A stretch of DNA of 64,000 nucleotides from Lingula anatina. Its lineage: Eukaryota > Animalia > Brachiopoda. Position numbers and translations under genes: made by a program. The notes beneath the pieces are model-generated. The model had not been told where the DNA came from. It did not search any database and saw only the letters and a program-made list of their open reading frames with translations. Below, piece by piece: positions 1-11,391 of the stretch. Where the stretch lies: positions 620,001 to 684,000 of the forward strand of contig CM120647.1 of NCBI GenBank assembly GCA_051362555.1, written 5' to 3'. Position 1 is the stretch's first letter, and each line of letters starts with the position of its first letter.

Positions 1-217
1 TTCCTGTGCAGCTTTATAGGTTATATATCGATAATACATTATGTATAATGTGTGTACTTAATGGTGTTAAACAGATAAGATTGAATTTGATTGTTATTGG
101 TTGTAATAGGCGTTGCTGTCTTCTTGTCACTGTAACGGGTTCTGAAGGCTACTGTCACCGCTCTGCACGCATTCATGTGTGTGTTTGTGTGTGTGTGGGT
201 GGTGCGTTTGTACGTGT

Positions 218-358
218 TGTTGTATCCAATGCATGTGGCTGCCGATTGGTCACGTCTTGACCATGGCCACCACCTGGTGAATGACGTGGTAATAAATGAA
301 AGTATATGGAAGAAGCACATGGCGAGTTCAATTGAGTTATGTTAAATCGGTCATAACA
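218..358 (+). repeat. Extra copy of the Gypsy 5' LTR inside the duplicated block
   Basis: TGTTGTATCC...TCATAACA, 141 bp, followed by the same PBS as 1182-1322. Confidence 0.93.
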
Positions 359-1181
359 TTGGCGACGAGGACGGGATAGAAATAGAAATACTAACATGGC
401 ACAGGGAGACCCCCGATTCAATACATCCACGTGGCAGGAATTGTTCTGCACGTCACACCGTTTAATCCACCGGAAAATCGACTAAATACCGGACCAGCAT
501 GGGAAACATGGCTGGAGGAATTCGAAGAAGAAATGCAGTTGCAAAAAGTGCAAGAAGCAGACAAGGTAACTTGCCTTAGGGTGTTCCGGTGGGAAAGAGA
601 TAAGAAACAAAATAAAATACTTACCAGATCCTCCAGTAATTGAAGATGAAGAAAGTGCATACCAGAAGGAGGTACGAAAACTGAACCTTCACTATAAACC
701 GAAGCAAAATAAAATGCATAGTGTATATGTATTCAATAAAACAACGAGGATCCCAGGAGAAACCATAGCTTCATTCACTGCCAGGTTGAGAGAAAAAGAT
801 TTGACTGGGAGAAGTTGGACATACATTACAAAAAATGGTCTTGTCTGGGTATAAAGGGAGTTTTTTCAATGTTTTAGACTGGTATATGAGTGTTGGATTT
901 TTCATCAGAATTTTTAAACCTTATTGCTAGACATATTTGCTTGATAATGTGCTAAAGCCACATATTCCTGTGCAGCTTTATAGGTTATATATCGATAATA
1001 CATTATGTATAATGTGTGTACTTAATGGTGTTAAACAGATAAGATTGAATTTGATTGTTATTGGTTGTAATAGGCGTTGCTGTCTTCTTGTCACTGTAAC
1101 GGGTTCTGAAGGCTACTGTCACCGCTCTGCACGCATTCATGTGTGTGTTTGTGTGTGTGTGGGTGGTGCGTTTGTACGTGT

Positions 1182-1322
1182 TGTTGTATCCAATGCATGT
1201 GGCTGCCGATTGGTCACGTCTTGACCATGGCCACCACCTGGTGAATGACGTGGTAATAAATGAAAGTATATGGAAGAAGCACATGGCGAGTTCAATTGAG
1301 TTATGTTAAATCGGTCATAACA
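1182..1322 (+). repeat. Gypsy 5' LTR
   Basis: TGTTGTATCC...GTCATAACA, contains AATAAA, matches 6078-6218. Confidence 0.96.
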
Positions 1323-1323
1323 T

Positions 1324-1341
1324 TGGCGACGAGGACGGGAT
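1324..1341 (+). promoter_or_regulatory. Primer binding site, tRNA-Ser(GCT)-type
   Basis: TGGCGACGAGGACGGGAT lies 1 nt after the LTR and is complementary (17/18) to the animal tRNA-Ser(GCT) 3' end ...ATCCCATCCTCGTCGCCA. Confidence 0.88.
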
Positions 1342-1359
1342 AGAAATAGAAATACTAAC

Positions 1360-2808
1360 ATGGCACAGGGAGACCCCCGATTCAATACATCCACGTGGCA
1401 GGAATTGTTCTGCACGTCACACCGTTTAATCCACCGGAAAATCGACTAAATACCGGACCAGCATGGGAAACATGGCTGGAGGAATTCGAAGAAGAAATGC
1501 AGTTGCAAAAAGTGCAAGAAGCAGACAAGGTAACTTGCCTTAGGGTGTTCCGGTGGGAAAGAGATAAGAAACAAAATAAAATACTTACCAGATCCTCCAG
1601 TAATTGAAGATGAAGAAAGTGCATACCAGAAGGAGGTACGAAAACTGAACCTTCACTATAAACCGAAGCAAAATAAAATGCATAGTGTATATGTATTCAA
1701 TAAAACAACGAGGATCCCAGGAGAAACCATAGCTTCATTCACTGCCAGGTTGAGAGAAAAAGCTGAACATTGTGATTTTGGTGAGAATGCAGACGCTCGT
1801 ATTTTAGAAAGGATAATTCAGACTATGGATGATAAACAGATCGTAACTAAAGCCATTCAAAGAAATTGGAACTTAGAAACCTTAATCCAAGAAGTGAGCC
1901 AGAAAGAAGATTTAAACAAAGAAGTTGACAATATGAGAAATGAATTTAAAGTGGCAAAAATCTCGGATGGAGTCAGCGTCAAACCTAAAAGAAGATACCC
2001 GCAACTGATGAAAAAACCCATTAATCCAAGCTCAAGATTGCAGTGTTCTAGATGTGGAGGACAAATTCATAACAGAGATAAATGTCCCGCTAGTGGAAAA
2101 CAGTGTTTTAAATGCAGCAAGTGGAATCATTTCCAGAAAGTGTGCAAAACTCAGAAACCAAGTGACAAGCCAACCGCATACAGAGGCAGAAAAATGGTGA
2201 AGAAAACAGAGTTAGAAGATAGCTCTGAATCAGACAATGGGGATTTCATAAAAACTGTGCATGTCCACCGAATCAAACAAGAACATGTGGGAGAGACAAT
2301 AGAGGTGAGAATAAATGACATTACATGTGAGTGTGAACCAGACAGTGGTGCTGCCACTAATGTAATGGATGGACATCAATTCAAACATCTAAGCAGAAGA
2401 TCAGACACAACCCTGAAACCATCGAAAGAAAAACTGAAAACTATACAATCAGAGCTAATCGTTCTAGGTGAGTGCCCAGTGACCATTCAGAATAGCACAC
2501 GGGGGACCATCTCAAAATTCATTGTCATCAAGGGACATTTGGGGTGTAAACCACTGATAGGCAGAAAAACACTAGAAGACTTAGGAATGATGGAAATAAG
2601 GGAAGACGGCTCTCTTAAAGAAGAAAATGACTTGAAGATTAAAGTAGTCAAAGAAGACAAAACAGATGTTCAGAAAATCTTAGATGAATACAAGGATGTG
2701 TTCACAGGTATCGGGCATGCCAAAGACCCTAAGTCAGGAGCACCCATTGAAGTAAAACTGGAATGGAGACAGATGTCAATCCAGTTGCTCAGAAACCGAG
2801 ACATGTAG
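1360..2808 (+). pseudogene. gag: Gypsy gag plus aspartic protease (frameshifted at N-terminus; main ORF 1678-2808)
   Basis: ATG at 1360; WETWLEEFEEEM; GETIASFTARLREKAEHCDFG; two zinc knuckles CSRCGGQIHNRDKC and CFKCSKWNHFQKVC; protease motif EPDSGA. Confidence 0.92.
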
Positions 2809-3098
2809 CTTTTCACCTCTTAGACCCTTTAAAAGAATTGTTAGAGCAAGGGGAAGAAGAAGGTATTTATGAGAAAGTCCCTGAAGGAGAAGCAATAACA
2901 TGGTGTTCACCGCTCATAGTACAACCTAAACCCAAGTACACTTCAGTTCTTGGGAAGCTAGAACCACACATGATCCGTGCAAGCATTGATATGAGGATAC
3001 CCAATCAAGGCATGAAAAGAAGTCGCTGTGTACAAGCACCGATAATTGAAGACTTCACTTACCATTTACGTGACTGCAGTATATACAGCATTTCTTGA
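2763..3098 (+). pseudogene. pol: Gypsy pol, N-terminal reverse transcriptase segment
   Basis: PVAQKPRHVAFHL, WCSPLIVQPK, RASIDMRIPN; terminated inside the 100-bp insertion at 3091-3190. Confidence 0.92.
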
Positions 3099-3198
3099 AT
3101 TCTGATTCTACTCTCTACTGCATTTTTCCCTTGTAAGTTGGAAATCTGTTCTGTAATAATTTATCATCTTCATAAATGCTTCATACAGCAAACTTGAT

Positions 3199-5721
3199 TT
3201 GAGATCCGGGTACCATCAGTTGAGTATTGATGAGGAATCCAGGAAGCTAGTCACATTCAGCACACCTTGGGGGAACTACCGTCCAAAGCGATTGATATTT
3301 GGAGCAAAAAGCTCACAAGACGTGTTTGATGAGACCATGTTAAGAATTTTTGGTGACATACCTAACTGTTTGAACCAAAGAGACGATATTTTAATCGGAG
3401 GGAGAGAACACAATGACACACTTAAAACAGTATTAAACAGAGCAAGAGAGTTCGGCATTACATTCAACTTAGAGAAGTGTGAATTTGCCCAGGAAGAAAT
3501 ATCGTTCTTTGGACATGTGTTTACAGGCAAGGGACTGAAAGCGGATCCCAGCAAGGTGAGAGCAGTAAAAGAATGCAGCCCACCAGAAAAGAAAGCAGAA
3601 GTTCGCAGTTTCCTTGGAATGTGCGGCTACCTAGCCAGCTTTATAGAGGATTATGCGTCTCTGACTGCTCCTTTAAGAGAACTGACGAAGGAAGATGTGA
3701 AATTCCGTTGGCAAGATGAGGAAAAAGAAGCCTTTGAGAAATTAAAACAAGCTATCAGCAGTAGCAAAACAATGGCCTTCTACGAACCAGGCAAACCAAC
3801 AATTCTGAGAACAGAAGCCAGTTTCAATGAAGGGTTGTCAGCAGGACTGTTTCAAGAAACAGACAAAGGACTTCAACCCATTCAGTTCATAAGCAGAGCA
3901 TTAACAGATACAGAAAAGAAGTATTCGCAAACTGAAAAGGACCCATTGGCCATAAGATGGGCAAAGAATAGGATGAGAATATATCTACAGGGTGCACCAA
4001 AGTTCAAGATCATCACTGCACACAAACCACTAGTGCCCATGTTCAACAAAGTGCAAGCAAAATTGCCGCCGAGAATAGAGAAATGGGTAATGGACTTACA
4101 AGATGTTGATTATGAAGTGGTATACGAGCCAGGGAAGAATGAAGCAGACCCACTCGATTATCTGTCCCGCCATCCACTGCCACAGACGGGTAGTGATAGT
4201 ACAGAGAAGATGATCAAATGGATGGTCAAATCTGAAAATGCAGTGATTCTTGATGAGATAGCAGAAAAAACTCTCACTGACCCAATTCTTATCAAACTGG
4301 AAGGGAGAATATCAAAAGGAGATTGGAATCTGTACAGAAAAGATGAGGACATTCAACCATTTTGGCATATGAGAGACGAATTTAGTGTTATTGAAGGACT
4401 CATTTACAGAAATGACAGGATTTTAGTTCCAGAGAAACTTCAGGGAAAAGTTATCAAACTTGGTCACAAGCTTGGACATTTAGGGAAAACAAAGACCAAG
4501 AGAATGTTGCGAAGTAAGTACTGGTTCCAAGGGATGGACAGAATGATAGAAGATATATGTGATCAATGCTATGAATGTAAAGTTGCAACAAAAGAAAATA
4601 AAGAAGAACCAATCAAGCCAACGAAAATCCCTACAGAACCATGGCACAACGTGGCTATGGATTATGGGGGACCCTACCCCGATGGCCATTATAACTTGGT
4701 ACTAGTTGACAAACGATCAAGATATCCAGTAGTAGAGACTGTGAAATCAACATCATTCAGTGACATAAAGGAACCTCTTACTCACATATTTGCGACATAT
4801 GGAACTCCAGTGATCTTAACAACAGATAATGGACCACCATTTAACAGCACAGAGTTTGCAGAGTTTGCCAAAGAACAAGGTTTCACACACCACAGAGTAA
4901 CACCTTTACATCCAAGAGCCAATGGAGAAGCGGAAGCATTTATGAAGATGATAAATAAAACAGAACAGATTTCCAACTTCCAAGGGAAAAATGCAGTAGA
5001 GAGTAGAATCAGAATTCAAGAAATGCTGATTGCATACAGATCTACACCGCATCAAGCTACAGGAGTAACACCCTATGAAGCAATGTGGAACAAACCAGTT
5101 AGAACAAGATTAGATTTTAAAGAACCAAACAAGACCAGAAATGAGAGAGATGAAATTATTGACAAAACAGACGATAAATACAAACATAAATCCAGGATGA
5201 GAGAGAATGCGAACACTAAGAGAAATGCACTTATTACTGGTGATTATGTTCTAGTTAAGCAGAACAAAAGAAACAAACTCACAACGCCATATGAACCGAT
5301 ATTTTACATTGTCATGGAAATACATGGTTCTCAAGTCACAGCCAGAAGAGTCACAGATGGAAGAACAATCTGCAGAGATGCAAGTCAATTCAAATTATGT
5401 AACAGTGTTATAAACACAGCAGATGACGTAATGACAATTCCAGCAGACTCATACTTGAAAGAAAGCACAAATAAGATGAGAATACAAGATGATGCATGTG
5501 AATTGCAACTGAGTGATAATACAGTGAAAAGTGACTTTGCAGCAATGGATACACAGGATATTCCAAACTTAGGTGATAATTTGATACATAATGAAAATTC
5601 AAATGGGGAGAAAATACCAAAGCAACAGAAGAACAGGGATCATATTGATGAACCAATTAGCACTAGACCAAAGAGAACAATCAGAAAACCAGATTACTTA
5701 AAAGATTATATATTGAAGTGA
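3199..5721 (+). CDS. pol: Gypsy pol remainder: RT core, RNase H-like domain, integrase (840-codon open frame)
   Basis: DLRSGYHQL, RLIFG, NQRDDILI, VRSFLGMCGY; RNase H region TEAS/YSQTEKD/TAHKPL; integrase HHCC (GHKLGH...CYEC) and DDE (MDYGGP, TDNGPPF, GEAE). Confidence 0.95.
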   Translation: MRSGYHQLSIDEESRKLVTFSTPWGNYRPKRLIFGAKSSQDVFDETMLRIFGDIPNCLNQRDDILIGGREHNDTLKTVLNRAREFGITFNLEKCEFAQEEISFFGHVFTGKGLKADPSKVRAVKECSPPEKKAEVRSFLGMCGYLASFIEDYASLTAPLRELTKEDVKFRWQDEEKEAFEKLKQAISSSKTMAFYEPGKPTILRTEASFNEGLSAGLFQETDKGLQPIQFISRALTDTEKKYSQTEKDPLAIRWAKNRMRIYLQGAPKFKIITAHKPLVPMFNKVQAKLPPRIEKWVMDLQDVDYEVVYEPGKNEADPLDYLSRHPLPQTGSDSTEKMIKWMVKSENAVILDEIAEKTLTDPILIKLEGRISKGDWNLYRKDEDIQPFWHMRDEFSVIEGLIYRNDRILVPEKLQGKVIKLGHKLGHLGKTKTKRMLRSKYWFQGMDRMIEDICDQCYECKVATKENKEEPIKPTKIPTEPWHNVAMDYGGPYPDGHYNLVLVDKRSRYPVVETVKSTSFSDIKEPLTHIFATYGTPVILTTDNGPPFNSTEFAEFAKEQGFTHHRVTPLHPRANGEAEAFMKMINKTEQISNFQGKNAVESRIRIQEMLIAYRSTPHQATGVTPYEAMWNKPVRTRLDFKEPNKTRNERDEIIDKTDDKYKHKSRMRENANTKRNALITGDYVLVKQNKRNKLTTPYEPIFYIVMEIHGSQVTARRVTDGRTICRDASQFKLCNSVINTADDVMTIPADSYLKESTNKMRIQDDACELQLSDNTVKSDFAAMDTQDIPNLGDNLIHNENSNGEKIPKQQKNRDHIDEPISTRPKRTIRKPDYLKDYILK

Positions 5722-5732
5722 CAGATCATTAA

Positions 5733-5846
5733 TACATGTGTAATCAGGACGAAGGCGGATCGCTGTCCTGAGAGAAAAGAAAAAAAGATCTAAAATAATT
5801 TACTAGTACATGTGTAATCAGGATGAAGGCGGATCGCTGTCCTGAG
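5733..5846 (+). repeat. Two ~40-bp direct repeats, each forming a stem-loop, in the Gypsy 3' UTR
   Basis: TACATGTGTAATCAGGAYGAAGGCGGATCGCTGTCCTGAG at 5733 and 5807; stem TCAGGAY/GTCCTGA. Confidence 0.85.
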
Positions 5847-6062
5847 GAAAACTTTTTAGATTTAGCTACCATGTAATTGACTTTAATTGACATTTGTTTT
5901 TAAGAATAGATATCAGAGCATACAGCACCTAAGATGTGTGACTGTGTTGACTTTACACAAAATGAAAAACTGAGAAATTCATCAGATCCAGATCATTTAA
6001 AGATTAATTGACACAGACTGTTTTTCATTTAAGTTAACATGTTAAAAAAAAAATAAATAAAT

Positions 6063-6077
6063 AAAGGCTGGGAGGAA
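6063..6077 (+). promoter_or_regulatory. Polypurine tract of the Gypsy element
   Basis: AAAGGCTGGGAGGAA immediately precedes the 3' LTR. Confidence 0.8.
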
Positions 6078-6218
6078 TGTTGTATCCAATGCACGTGGCT
6101 GCCGATTGGTTGCGTCTTGACCATGGCCACCACCTGGTGAATGACGTGGTAATAAATGAAAGTATATGGAAGAAGCACATGGCGAGTTCAATTGAGTTAT
6201 GTTAAATCTGTCATAACA
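6078..6218 (+). repeat. Gypsy 3' LTR
   Basis: Matches 1182-1322 and is followed by TSD CGTGT. Confidence 0.96.
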
Positions 6219-7365
6219 CGTGTAGTATATTTCGCTAATATAGAGAGACACCTTGATGAAACCGGGCCCAGGTACACAACAAAAAACTTATTTAAGTGTA
6301 AATCATTAATATATAAAAGATTTTTTTTTAATCTGGGTGCGACGGGTTACACTTCATACAAAAGAGAAGACTGTATTTGTACTCATATGGTTGATTTATT
6401 GTCTCTTTACACAAACTTGTGTGACGATACTTATGTGTGTATGGTTCAAATCTGTAAAATAAAATAAAAGAAAAAAATGCTTAAATAACTGACAAAAACC
6501 CTAGAGCACATTATATATAGATATAAAGAAACAAACAGATAAATAAATATATATATAAATAAAGTGAATACATTAAATAATAAAGAAAAATGACACTTCT
6601 TTTGAAATTATCCACGAGTCCACACCCAAATTTTACTGAGACTTGTAAATACCACAATATATTTACCTAAAACTAAATGTTCACTCAATATTAATTGATG
6701 ACAATGACAGTTGTTAAAAGCAAAGTACATGAAACTTACAATTTTTTTGTCCTCTTTTTGTATGACAAATTTCTATCTTCTTGGATGTCTGCATAAATTC
6801 AACTGCTTGCATCTAAGCTGTCTGTCTAATCAACTACTCATGCTAAGTGGTAAGTGGCAGTGTCTATTATTAATAGGGGTGTGTGGACTATACTATATGG
6901 TAGGGGTGACAGGTTATGTCCTTTACACCGGCCCCTTAAATGTGAGATTATAAATTGAACATTTACCTAATATACTTCTAAAGGACAGAACTTAATTCTA
7001 TGTATGAAGTACATTTTATAATATAAACATATCAGTTATATGGTACATCTAAAGTTAACTATACTCCTTAAATGTCAATCTTAAACAAAGTAACACAATG
7101 TCCACTGTTTAATTAATGTTACATTATCCAATGTCCTTCATGGTAACCTCCATGAATTATTGTCCTCATTGATCACTTTCCATATCTTAAATGTCCTCCA
7201 TGAATATCCTTTCCATGAATGAAATCCATTGTTATAAAAGTCTCTGACTTTAACATAAACTGAATAATAACTGAAATTCAATTAACATATGTTATCATAG
7301 TCTCTGAACAGTCCATAATAAAGCAAAAGTAATGAAACAGTCTCTTAAGTCTCTTAGTCTATAAA

Positions 7366-8115
7366 TCATACAGTTCTGCATTCTGAGACCTCTTCCAATA
7401 AGCACAACTTGGTTATGGGCCTCATCAAAGTTGTGTTGACAGTTTGTACTTCTGCAGATCTTACATGTCCATCTCTCCCTTGAAAAGTTTTAATGACTGT
7501 TGCTATTTACCACATGTTTCTTGGAGTGTTGTTGTCTGCAATTAAAGCATCACCAATCTGTAAATCATGTTTTATAGTAATCCACTTTTGTCTGCTTTGT
7601 AATAATGGCAAATATTCTCTCACCTGTTTCCAAAACAAATCTGCAAGGTACTGTATGTGACGCCATCTTTTACAACAGTACATATCTTCCTTCTGAAATC
7701 TACCAGGTGGAAGTGTTGGGCCTGAACGTAAAAGTAGCAAATGATTGGGTGATAGCGGTTCTGGATCTCTGGGATCATCTGAGACATATGTTAGTGGTCG
7801 ACTGTTCACTATGCTTTCCACTGTGCACATAAGTGTAGAGAGTCCTTCGTCATCTAAGGTCTGCTCTCTCATGACTCCACTTAATATTTTACGAATTGTC
7901 CTGATCTGTCTTTCCCATGATCCACCCATGTGTGATGCTGCTGGTGGGTTAAAGTTCCACTTAATCTCTCTCTGTCTGAAAAATTCACCTAGTTTTGTTT
8001 GGTTCCATCACTGTACTGCTTCTTTCAGCTCCCTATCTGCACCTGTGAAGTTTGTGCCATTGTCTGAACTGATCTCCTTGGGGATGCCCCCTCGACTGAT
8101 GAACCTCTGTAATGT
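7366..8115 (-). pseudogene. pol: BEL/Pao integrase C-terminal half
   Basis: SDNGTNF, HMGGSWERQIRTIR, ESIVNSRPL, LSPNHLL, RWRHIQYLADLFW, GHVRSAEV, RPITKLCLL. Confidence 0.93.
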
Positions 8116-11100
8116 CCCATAGCAAATTTAAAGCTTCCCGCACACTGTTTCTGTGGATGGGCAGCAGATTCACAGTAAGGGTTTCTGCGGATGTGCAGCA
8201 CGCCTCATTTGCATGGTAAAATACGCACCTCCCGCACACTCCTTGCACATTTCCTGCACACTTACTGCACACCCCCTACACCACAACCAGCACACTTCTT
8301 GCATACCTCCTGCGTACTTCTTGCATACCTTCTGCGTACTTCTTGCATACCTTCTGCATACTTTTTGCACACCTCCTGCGCACATCTTGCACACCTCCTG
8401 CGTACGTCTTGCATACCTCTTGTTCACTTCTTGCACACCTCCTGCGCACTTTTTGCATACTTTCTTGCACACTAATTTAAATATTTTATGACACCAATTT
8501 AAATTTTATTCACTTGTTTTCAATTAGTTAATATTAATTCTACAAAGACAGGTTCTGAGTTACATTTAATAACATGTGCCAACAGGTATAGTTTAACCTG
8601 TTTATCAACAAAAAACAAGAAATTACAGTCATATATTGTGCTTTATTAATGAAATTAAAAAATCGAACAAAATCAGCAAATTCCAAGCCATGTCCATATT
8701 TCTCTTCTTTACGTCTTTCTGCCACATTTCTCTTCTTTACTCATCCTGTCCTGCTCCGTCCATCTAAAAAAAGAGTATATCATAAAATCTTACAAATTTA
8801 CCACACTGTGCACAATGCTTAACATCCAAATCTTTAACATCCATGTGGAGGACAAAAAACCGTCAATATACACATTACTGTTTGAGAAGTCCTACAATCA
8901 AGTTCAAGTGTTTATTGTTCATATAAAGAATAGGTAGAAAGGTAGGCAGAAAAATGTCTTGGATAGTTAAAAAAAAAAATGCTAAAACTGCTTTGAAGAA
9001 AACTTTATATATATTCCTCACACATCTATGTTATGTATGAAATCTGAGGGTTTATGGTTGCTTTCACTTTTTCCCTTATTTTCAACATATACTTGTTGAA
9101 TGATGTAATCAACTTGCAGTTAGTGTTGTTCTCTTTTAAAACTTACTCTGCACAGCTCTTTCAACTAGAAAATCCTTCACAAAAGAAACTGTTGCTTACA
9201 GTTCTTGTGGGCTGAAAAAACTCTCTAGTAACTTCTTTATCACAAAGGTACTTGACTTTTTGGTACACTTTGTGAGTGTTTCGATGAGCCACCAACTTTA
9301 GATATTCACAGCAAAGCGTCCCTTCCGGCCATGTCATGCCAGCTTCTGTATGTTGTCTACTCTCTAGGATCACCTGAAATAAACAATTATTCAACAAATG
9401 TCCATTTGTTCAAGTAACACAGTAAGAGACAGATTTTTTTGAGATTCAACTGCATTTGAAAAAACATTGTGAGCAATTGATCATAGTTTTATAAGAAATG
9501 AAGAGACTAAACAGTGATTGCAATCTATAACCTCATTTCTTAGTTGGCTAAAAGAGAAGTACACATTATAAATTATAACTTATTTAATGTAATATAGATA
9601 TAATGTTAACTATGTATACTACAAATTAGATCAATTTTCTCATTTTCAATTTGATTAGATGCCCAAATGATCCAATGCATTACTGTAATACATACCTTCT
9701 TCAATCCAATTTTTCTACACTCTGTACTTTTCCACTATGCTCCTGAATTAAAACTGGCTTGATAGTAAACAGCCTTCACTCATTTTCTGCTTGTATCATA
9801 AACAAAGACTTAGACAGGATACCACACATCTGATAACACCAAATAGGTGGTTGTTGTAATTGGTACAACAATAGCTGCAGGAATAGAGACCTAATAATAG
9901 GTGTCAGGCTAACAAAAGAAATTCACAGTTGTTGAATCTGTGGTTGGTGGAGTAGGGCATTCTCTAACATCAGTTGACTGTTAAACCCTAGGCTTAAAGT
10001 GTGATTGAGCATGATTTATAATAAAATGTATCTTTAAAATATTAATTTGTCCTTGTTTCCCACCCTTTATGAGGGACAGTACTAAACCCTTTATGTTCAC
10101 TTACTTTTACATTACATTATATATATTAGGGTGGATTGAAATTACACTTTTTAAAACAGCCAAGGTCAAGTAAAATCTGACTATAAACAAGATTAAAATC
10201 TGACTAGATAAGGTTGACTTTCAATATAATAGAAGATGTTAGTAAATATCACGTAAAATAGTAAAAATACACTTACTGTGTTTTTATCTTTTTGTGAAAA
10301 TTAACTAGCAAAGTCAAGATTATACTAGTAGGAGCCATGTTTAATTTATCACAACCCTAGATTTCATGACTGTTTTTTATACATCCTGATAATAATCTTT
10401 TTTAATGGTGGGCATAGCATTGCAAAAGTTGTGATTTAGTGAATGAGTTTAAAGGGTTGATTAGGCATTTTTCTATTAGATGTTGTTAAACTTATATTGC
10501 CCTTGACTTATTCTCATACCTTGCGTGAGGTAAACAGCATAGTTTAATTGTTAGAACAGTACATGTACAATTTATAACTAGCTTTACATAATGTTATTGA
10601 TTTGTTTGTTGGACTAATTTGGCTGGATTTCTCTCTTACCTGCGATATAAATACCCACTATAGCTCACAGTAGTGTATTATTAATCATAGTGTACTTGCC
10701 ACTTATATATGATAATAATTAAAATTTTATATAAGCATTGATTATTTCTAATTGACGGATATAAAGTAAAATGTGTATTGGAGTATTTTGTTTGTGTAAT
10801 TGTCAATAACATTGCATATACATGTATCTTGTATTGGTACATTTAAAATAATCAAATGATAAGGTTTTTACTCTAAAATAGCATACAGTACCCTGATAAA
10901 ATTAAAAGCTTGTTGTATATATTCAACTCACACAACTTAAAATTTCTAAGTTTCCTGTACACTTGTTGCACACTCCTGACAAATTTGAGTTTTCTGCACA
11001 CATATAGCAAACTCCTGATGAAATTGTAAGTTTATTGCATGCTTTCTGCACACAGCTGTTGAAAAACCAAGTGTCTTGCACATTTTCTGCACACTCATGA

Positions 11101-11391
11101 CAGAAAAATTACATTTTCTGCACACTTGTTGCGTACTCTTGATCAAATTTTAAGATTATCGCACACTCTCCGCATGCTTCTATTGAAATACCAAGTCTCT
11201 TGCATACTTTCTGCACACTATCTATACTTATAGAAGTGTGCAGTAGGTGTGCAGCAAGAAATAATTTTTATCGCACACTTCTGCACACTCCCCAAAGCTG
11301 TCTACTGCACACTCTTGAGTGTGCCGCACATGTCGCACATGTGCAGTGCATTTGCAGCACATGTGCTGCACACTTTTCATTTTGCTAAGGG
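8116..11391. mobile_element. Non-autonomous CMC/EnSpm(CACTA)-like DNA transposon, copy 1 (3276 bp)
   Basis: Termini CCCATAGCAAA...TTTGCTAAGGG, 2-bp TSD GT, dense subterminal TGCACAC repeats. Removing it restores the BEL integrase frame SSFINTLQRFI. Confidence 0.88.

Larger units (their letters stand above)
1..1762. repeat. 964-bp-period tandem duplication (1-~798 = 965-~1762) covering flank, 5' LTR, PBS and gag start of the Gypsy element
   Basis: Identical ORFs recur at a 964-bp offset (39/1003, 173/1137, 431/1395). The first copy breaks off after GAGAGAAAAAG at ~798. Confidence 0.95.
1182..6218 (+). mobile_element. Ty3/Gypsy LTR retrotransposon, Mag-like, near full length but disrupted
   Basis: 141-bp TG..CA LTRs at 1182-1322 and 6078-6218 (4 mismatches counted). 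5-bp TSD CGTGT at 1177-1181 and 6219-6223. PBS and PPT present; domain order gag-PR-RT-RH-IN. Confidence 0.97.

Noticed and set aside
6334-6340. CTGGG followed by TG as the left TSD and LTR boundary of BEL1
   Set aside because: Matches the CTGGG after the right LTR, but the following sequence does not align with 15174-15216, so it may be coincidence.
8153-8491. His/Cys/Thr-rich ORFs on both strands (also 62210-62564, 11200-11388, 59117-59635)
   Set aside because: Artefacts of the stop-poor TGCACAC subterminal repeats of the CMC-like element; open in several frames at once.
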